From: Chitinophagaceae bacterium
GTDB taxonomy: Bacteria; Bacteroidota; Bacteroidia; Chitinophagales; Chitinophagaceae
DNA: 39,480 bases
NCBI GenBank assembly: GCA_040509055.1
Contig: JBEVLT010000352.1
Coordinates: 1-39,480 of the forward strand
Direction of reading: 5' to 3'
Below, piece by piece: positions 36,603 through 39,480 of the stretch. Position 1 is the first letter of the stretch; the number at the start of each line of letters is the position of its first letter. Position numbers and translations under genes: made by a program. The notes under the pieces were generated by a model, which was not told the DNA's origin, did no database searches, and saw nothing but the letters and a program-made list of their open reading frames with translations.

Positions 36603-37337
36603 ATGCCGGATCGTTTTCAGCAATTCTGGGATGGAGCCGCTCTTGTGTCGGCGCAGGTAGTGATCTCGCTTCTCCTGTTTGCGGCGGTGATCGCCGTGAT
36701 CGTTTTCCTGGTGCGCGGCCGCATGCGGAAATATAAGCCGGCCGACCTGGCGGTTTTCGACCGCATCAAGCCATGGACAAATGCGCGTACCAGCCGGGTC
36801 ATGTTGTTCATTACCCTGCTGGGCAAGCACCAGTTCCTCATCCCGGCCAACCTGATCCTGATCGTTTATTTCCTGCTGGTCAGCCCGCATTCCTGGTTAT
36901 CCATCCGGGTGGCCGCCATTGCGCTGAGCAGCCTGGCACTGATGTTCCTGTTAAAACATTTGTTCCGGCGCAAACGCCCGCTACCGCCGCTGCTGCAGGC
37001 CGCCAGGGGGTTGAGCTTTCCCAGCGGCCACGCCATCATGGCGGTAACTTTTTACGGCTTGCTTATGTATATCGTAGCGCATACGGTGCCGGTGGGCTGG
37101 CTGCGGTGGTTATCGACGGTGCTGCTGGCTTTGCTCATCGTGCTGATCGGTTTCAGCCGCATCTACCTGCGCGTGCATTATGCCAGCGATGTGCTGGCCG
37201 GTTTTATCATCGGGCTGTTGTGGCTGTTTATTTCGCTGGCTGTAATGCAGCGGGTAGAACAATTCTTGAAGGAACGTGTGCAAACAACGATGCCGGCTGC
37301 TGTTATCACCTGTAGCCCGGTGAAAGCGGTGAACTAA
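36603..37337 (+). CDS. PAP2-family phosphatase (membrane)
   Basis: PAP2 motifs KHLFRRKRP...SFPSGHA...SRIYLRVHYASDV. Start placed at ATG 36603. Confidence 0.8.
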   Translation: MPDRFQQFWDGAALVSAQVVISLLLFAAVIAVIVFLVRGRMRKYKPADLAVFDRIKPWTNARTSRVMLFITLLGKHQFLIPANLILIVYFLLVSPHSWLSIRVAAIALSSLALMFLLKHLFRRKRPLPPLLQAARGLSFPSGHAIMAVTFYGLLMYIVAHTVPVGWLRWLSTVLLALLIVLIGFSRIYLRVHYASDVLAGFIIGLLWLFISLAVMQRVEQFLKERVQTTMPAAVITCSPVKAVN

Positions 37338-37359
37338 GTGAGGCTTCGCCCTGCTTGTT

Positions 37360-37695
37360 TCAGGCGATCATGCTTTGGGCTTCTATTTCATCCATGCGGA
37401 TGGCCATGTGGCTTTCTGTATACACGCATTGCCCGTTTTTGATCAGCAATACCTGTGGCGATTCATGCTGTACGCCCAGGTCCTGTGCTATTTTGTTGGA
37501 TAGCGGCCGGTAAGCGAAAATATCGAGGTAATAAAAGTCGATGCCGCCGGGTGCCGGTTTTTTATCCAGCCTGTGCCTGACCATGCTGCTGATGGAGCAG
37601 CGGGTGGAATGTTTGTAAATGACCTGCGGCGTAGTAGCCGATCGTTCCAGTATATCCTTTAGCTGGTCTTCAGCTATCAGCGGTATCCATTGCAT
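37360..37695 (-). CDS. ytxJ: YtxJ-like monothiol thioredoxin-fold protein (bacillithiol system)
   Basis: MQWIPL...VIYKHSTRCSIS motif (single Cys in a TxxC-like position). 111 aa counted from the internal Met. Confidence 0.72.
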   Translation of the reverse strand: MQWIPLIAEDQLKDILERSATTPQVIYKHSTRCSISSMVRHRLDKKPAPGGIDFYYLDIFAYRPLSNKIAQDLGVQHESPQVLLIKNGQCVYTESHMAIRMDEIEAQSMIA

Positions 37696-37830
37696 GGCAG
37701 ATGATTTGAAGCGGTAAAAACAAAAACAAAGCCGGTTCTGATGCAAGCGGGTAAATATATGGATAAAGTGAGAAGGGACGGCCTGCCGGCGAATGGCATG
37801 TCAATTGTAATGATACCATAAACGTACACT

Positions 37831-38013
37831 ATGAATAAGAAAGTAATCGCAACAGCATTGATACTCGGCGGAGCCGCGGTATATGCCATCAGGAAATTAA
37901 CGCAGCGCGAACCAAAAACCATGAAGGCTGCCTATCAGCGGCCCGGTAAACACCTGACCAATGTATTTGCCCGCGCCAAAGCCGCCAGGTCGCACAACGG
38001 GGCGCCGGCCTGA
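37831..38013 (+). CDS. Small hypothetical membrane-anchored basic protein
   Basis: 60 aa. N-terminal TM segment VIATALILGGAAVYAI followed by a Lys/Arg-rich tail. Supported only by ORF context. Confidence 0.35.
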   Translation: MNKKVIATALILGGAAVYAIRKLTQREPKTMKAAYQRPGKHLTNVFARAKAARSHNGAPA

Positions 38014-38021
38014 ACAAAAGT

Positions 38022-39236
38022 TTAAAACAATTTCAATTGTACGCCCTTGCGTACCGGACGTGGCGGACGGGCATTGCCAAAAACGGTTTTGCCGCCGTAC
38101 TTCCAGGACTCGTCCCTTTCTTTTTGGATCAGCGCATCAAAATTGGAATTGGGTATAAAATCTCTTTCTGCACGGGCAGCCAGCTCGTGCAGTTTTTTTA
38201 TTGCTGCCGTCTTATCCGTTTCGCCCAGCTTTGCTCTATGAACAGCCGTTTGCAGCGTAGCGATCGTTTCATCGTATACATGGGTTGGCACAGGAAAAGG
38301 ATGACCGTCTTTGCCGCCATGGGCAAAGGAGAACCGGGCCGGATCGGAGAAGCGGGAGGGATGACCATGGATGACTTCGCTGACCAGTGCAAGCGATTGT
38401 ACCGTACGCGGCCCCACGCCGGGCAATAAAAGTAATTCTTCAAAACTTTCGGGGTGCTGCTCATGCGCCAGCCAGAGTACAGCGCCCAGCCGTTTCGTGT
38501 TCACGTCACCGGCCTGCACATCATGGTGGCCGGGCATGCAAAGTCGCTGAAATTCCCCAATAATATCACCGGGTTTCGCGCCGGCGATCTGTACGATGTC
38601 CTTCCGGGCGCCGGCTGCGCCGGCATCGGTCAGGTTGAGGATCTGGCCCTGGTTGATGCCGCAGATGCCGGTATGCGGTGTTTCGGTAAATGAGCGGAGG
38701 CTCGCCGAATGCCAGTGGTAACGCCGGGCGGTACGGTTGACCGTGTCCATGCCCTGCTGCACCACCGTCCATTGCCCGGTATCGCTGAGGATGAAATTGT
38801 GCGTATAAAGCTGGAAGCCGTCCTGTACAGCCGTATTGTCCACCTTGGCGCTGAGCTTGCTGCAGCGCACCAGTTCATTGCCATCCAGCCCGGTACTGTC
38901 GGCCAGCCGAAGCAATTCGGACGGTGTTTCTTTTGAAAATTTGCCCTTACCACCACAGATGTAAATACCCAGCTGTTTTGCATGCGGGTTGATGGCCCGT
39001 TTCAGCGCACCCATCACCGACGTGGTGATGCCGGAAGAGTGCCAGTCCATGCCCATGACGGCGCCAAAGCTCTGGAACCAGAACGGATCGGACAACCTGC
39101 GCAACACTTCCTCCTTCCCGTATTCGGTAATGATGGCTTCCGTAATGGCGAGTCCGAGCCTGGCCATGCGGTCGGCCAGCCATTTAGGTACATAGCCATA
39201 GTGGAGGGGGAGGTCGGCAGCACCGGATCGTTTCAT
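38022..39236 (-). CDS. DUF763-family protein with a helix-hairpin-helix motif
   Basis: N-terminal LPLHYGYVPKWL...DPFWFQSFGAVMGMDWHSSGITTSV pattern recalled from DUF763. LLLPGVGPRTVQSLALVSEVI is an HhH-type motif (nt ~38381-38432). Confidence 0.68.
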   Translation of the reverse strand: MKRSGAADLPLHYGYVPKWLADRMARLGLAITEAIITEYGKEEVLRRLSDPFWFQSFGAVMGMDWHSSGITTSVMGALKRAINPHAKQLGIYICGGKGKFSKETPSELLRLADSTGLDGNELVRCSKLSAKVDNTAVQDGFQLYTHNFILSDTGQWTVVQQGMDTVNRTARRYHWHSASLRSFTETPHTGICGINQGQILNLTDAGAAGARKDIVQIAGAKPGDIIGEFQRLCMPGHHDVQAGDVNTKRLGAVLWLAHEQHPESFEELLLLPGVGPRTVQSLALVSEVIHGHPSRFSDPARFSFAHGGKDGHPFPVPTHVYDETIATLQTAVHRAKLGETDKTAAIKKLHELAARAERDFIPNSNFDALIQKERDESWKYGGKTVFGNARPPRPVRKGVQLKLF

Positions 39237-39345
39237 GACTTAAAAGTACAACGGATCGGCCGGGCCCGGGCTGCCATGCTGTTAAAACAAGGATTAGCGA
39301 TTCCGTGAATTTGTGCGGTGTTCTGAATCAACGGGAAACAGGCCG

Positions 39346-39480
39346 CTATTTTTTGAAAGGTGTCTTTTTTCCCTGTTTTTCAGCTTCTTTTTCCTGCTCC
39401 GGGGTGGGCAGGTCTTCTATATTGCCACTTTCGCGCAGGTATTCTTCCGCACGTTTGTCCAGCAGGGGTTGGGGCGGCAG
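39346..39480 (-). CDS. 3' end of an unidentified minus-strand gene (partial; continues off-window)
   Basis: Open frame to the window edge that ends ...EKEAEKQGKKTPFKK-stop (stop at 39346-39348). Not in the ORF track because no start lies within the window. Confidence 0.3.
   Translation of the reverse strand: MPPQPLLDKRAEEYLRESGNIEDLPTPEQEKEAEKQGKKTPFKK

Noticed and set aside
1-39480. A scan of the whole window for tRNA, rRNA, CRISPR arrays, tandem repeats, transposases, integrases and phage or defence genes.
   Set aside because: I saw no T-loop/acceptor-type tRNA signatures, no regularly spaced direct repeats, and no ORF with recombinase, nuclease-NTPase or other defence-like motifs. A by-eye scan cannot exclude small RNAs.

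Overview
This 39.5-kb window looks like core chromosome from a Bacteroidota genome. The evidence is a T9SS C-terminal sorting domain, repeated TAnnTTTG -7 promoter boxes close to start codons, a ~755-aa mitochondrial-type aconitase and a LytTR two-component pair. The moderately high GC content and gene content suggest a Chitinophagaceae-like organism, but that cannot be shown from this sequence alone. I call about 40 protein genes, nearly all housekeeping or envelope-related. They fall into these groups:
- Pyrimidine and CoA metabolism: pyrR, pyrB, pyrE, coaD, a PaaI-type thioesterase and a NUDIX hydrolase.
- A hupE-like gene and an M1 metallopeptidase in an apparent operon, divergent from a DUF6702-like gene.
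- Two separate loci that pair a PAP2 phosphatase with a membrane transferase.
- glmM.
- A three-subunit, Tat-exported PaoABC-like molybdoenzyme next to a NifS/IscS-like cysteine desulfurase.
- Aconitase.
- A LytS-like kinase and LytTR regulator followed by a large T9SS cargo protein.
- ytxJ and a DUF763 protein.

I found no tRNA, rRNA, CRISPR array, transposase, integrase, phage gene or recognisable defence gene. I cannot honestly point to a convincing novel multi-gene system here. The most unusual thing visible in the DNA is a pair of ~210-bp non-coding imperfect direct repeats. Each has an internal long-range inverted GGTTTGA-type motif, and each lies just 3' of one of two consecutive minus-strand genes, so together they bracket an orphan Zn-ribbon/TM/OmpA-like gene. 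Lesser observations are a perfect 10-bp inverted repeat in the hupE/DUF6702 divergent promoter, AGCCAATG direct repeats 20 bp apart in the GT39/PAP2 divergent promoter, the absence of a PaoD/XdhC chaperone gene from the Pao cluster, and a ~55-aa-period propeller-like repeat in the T9SS cargo. All product calls come from motif recognition by eye and recall of protein families, not from database searches.
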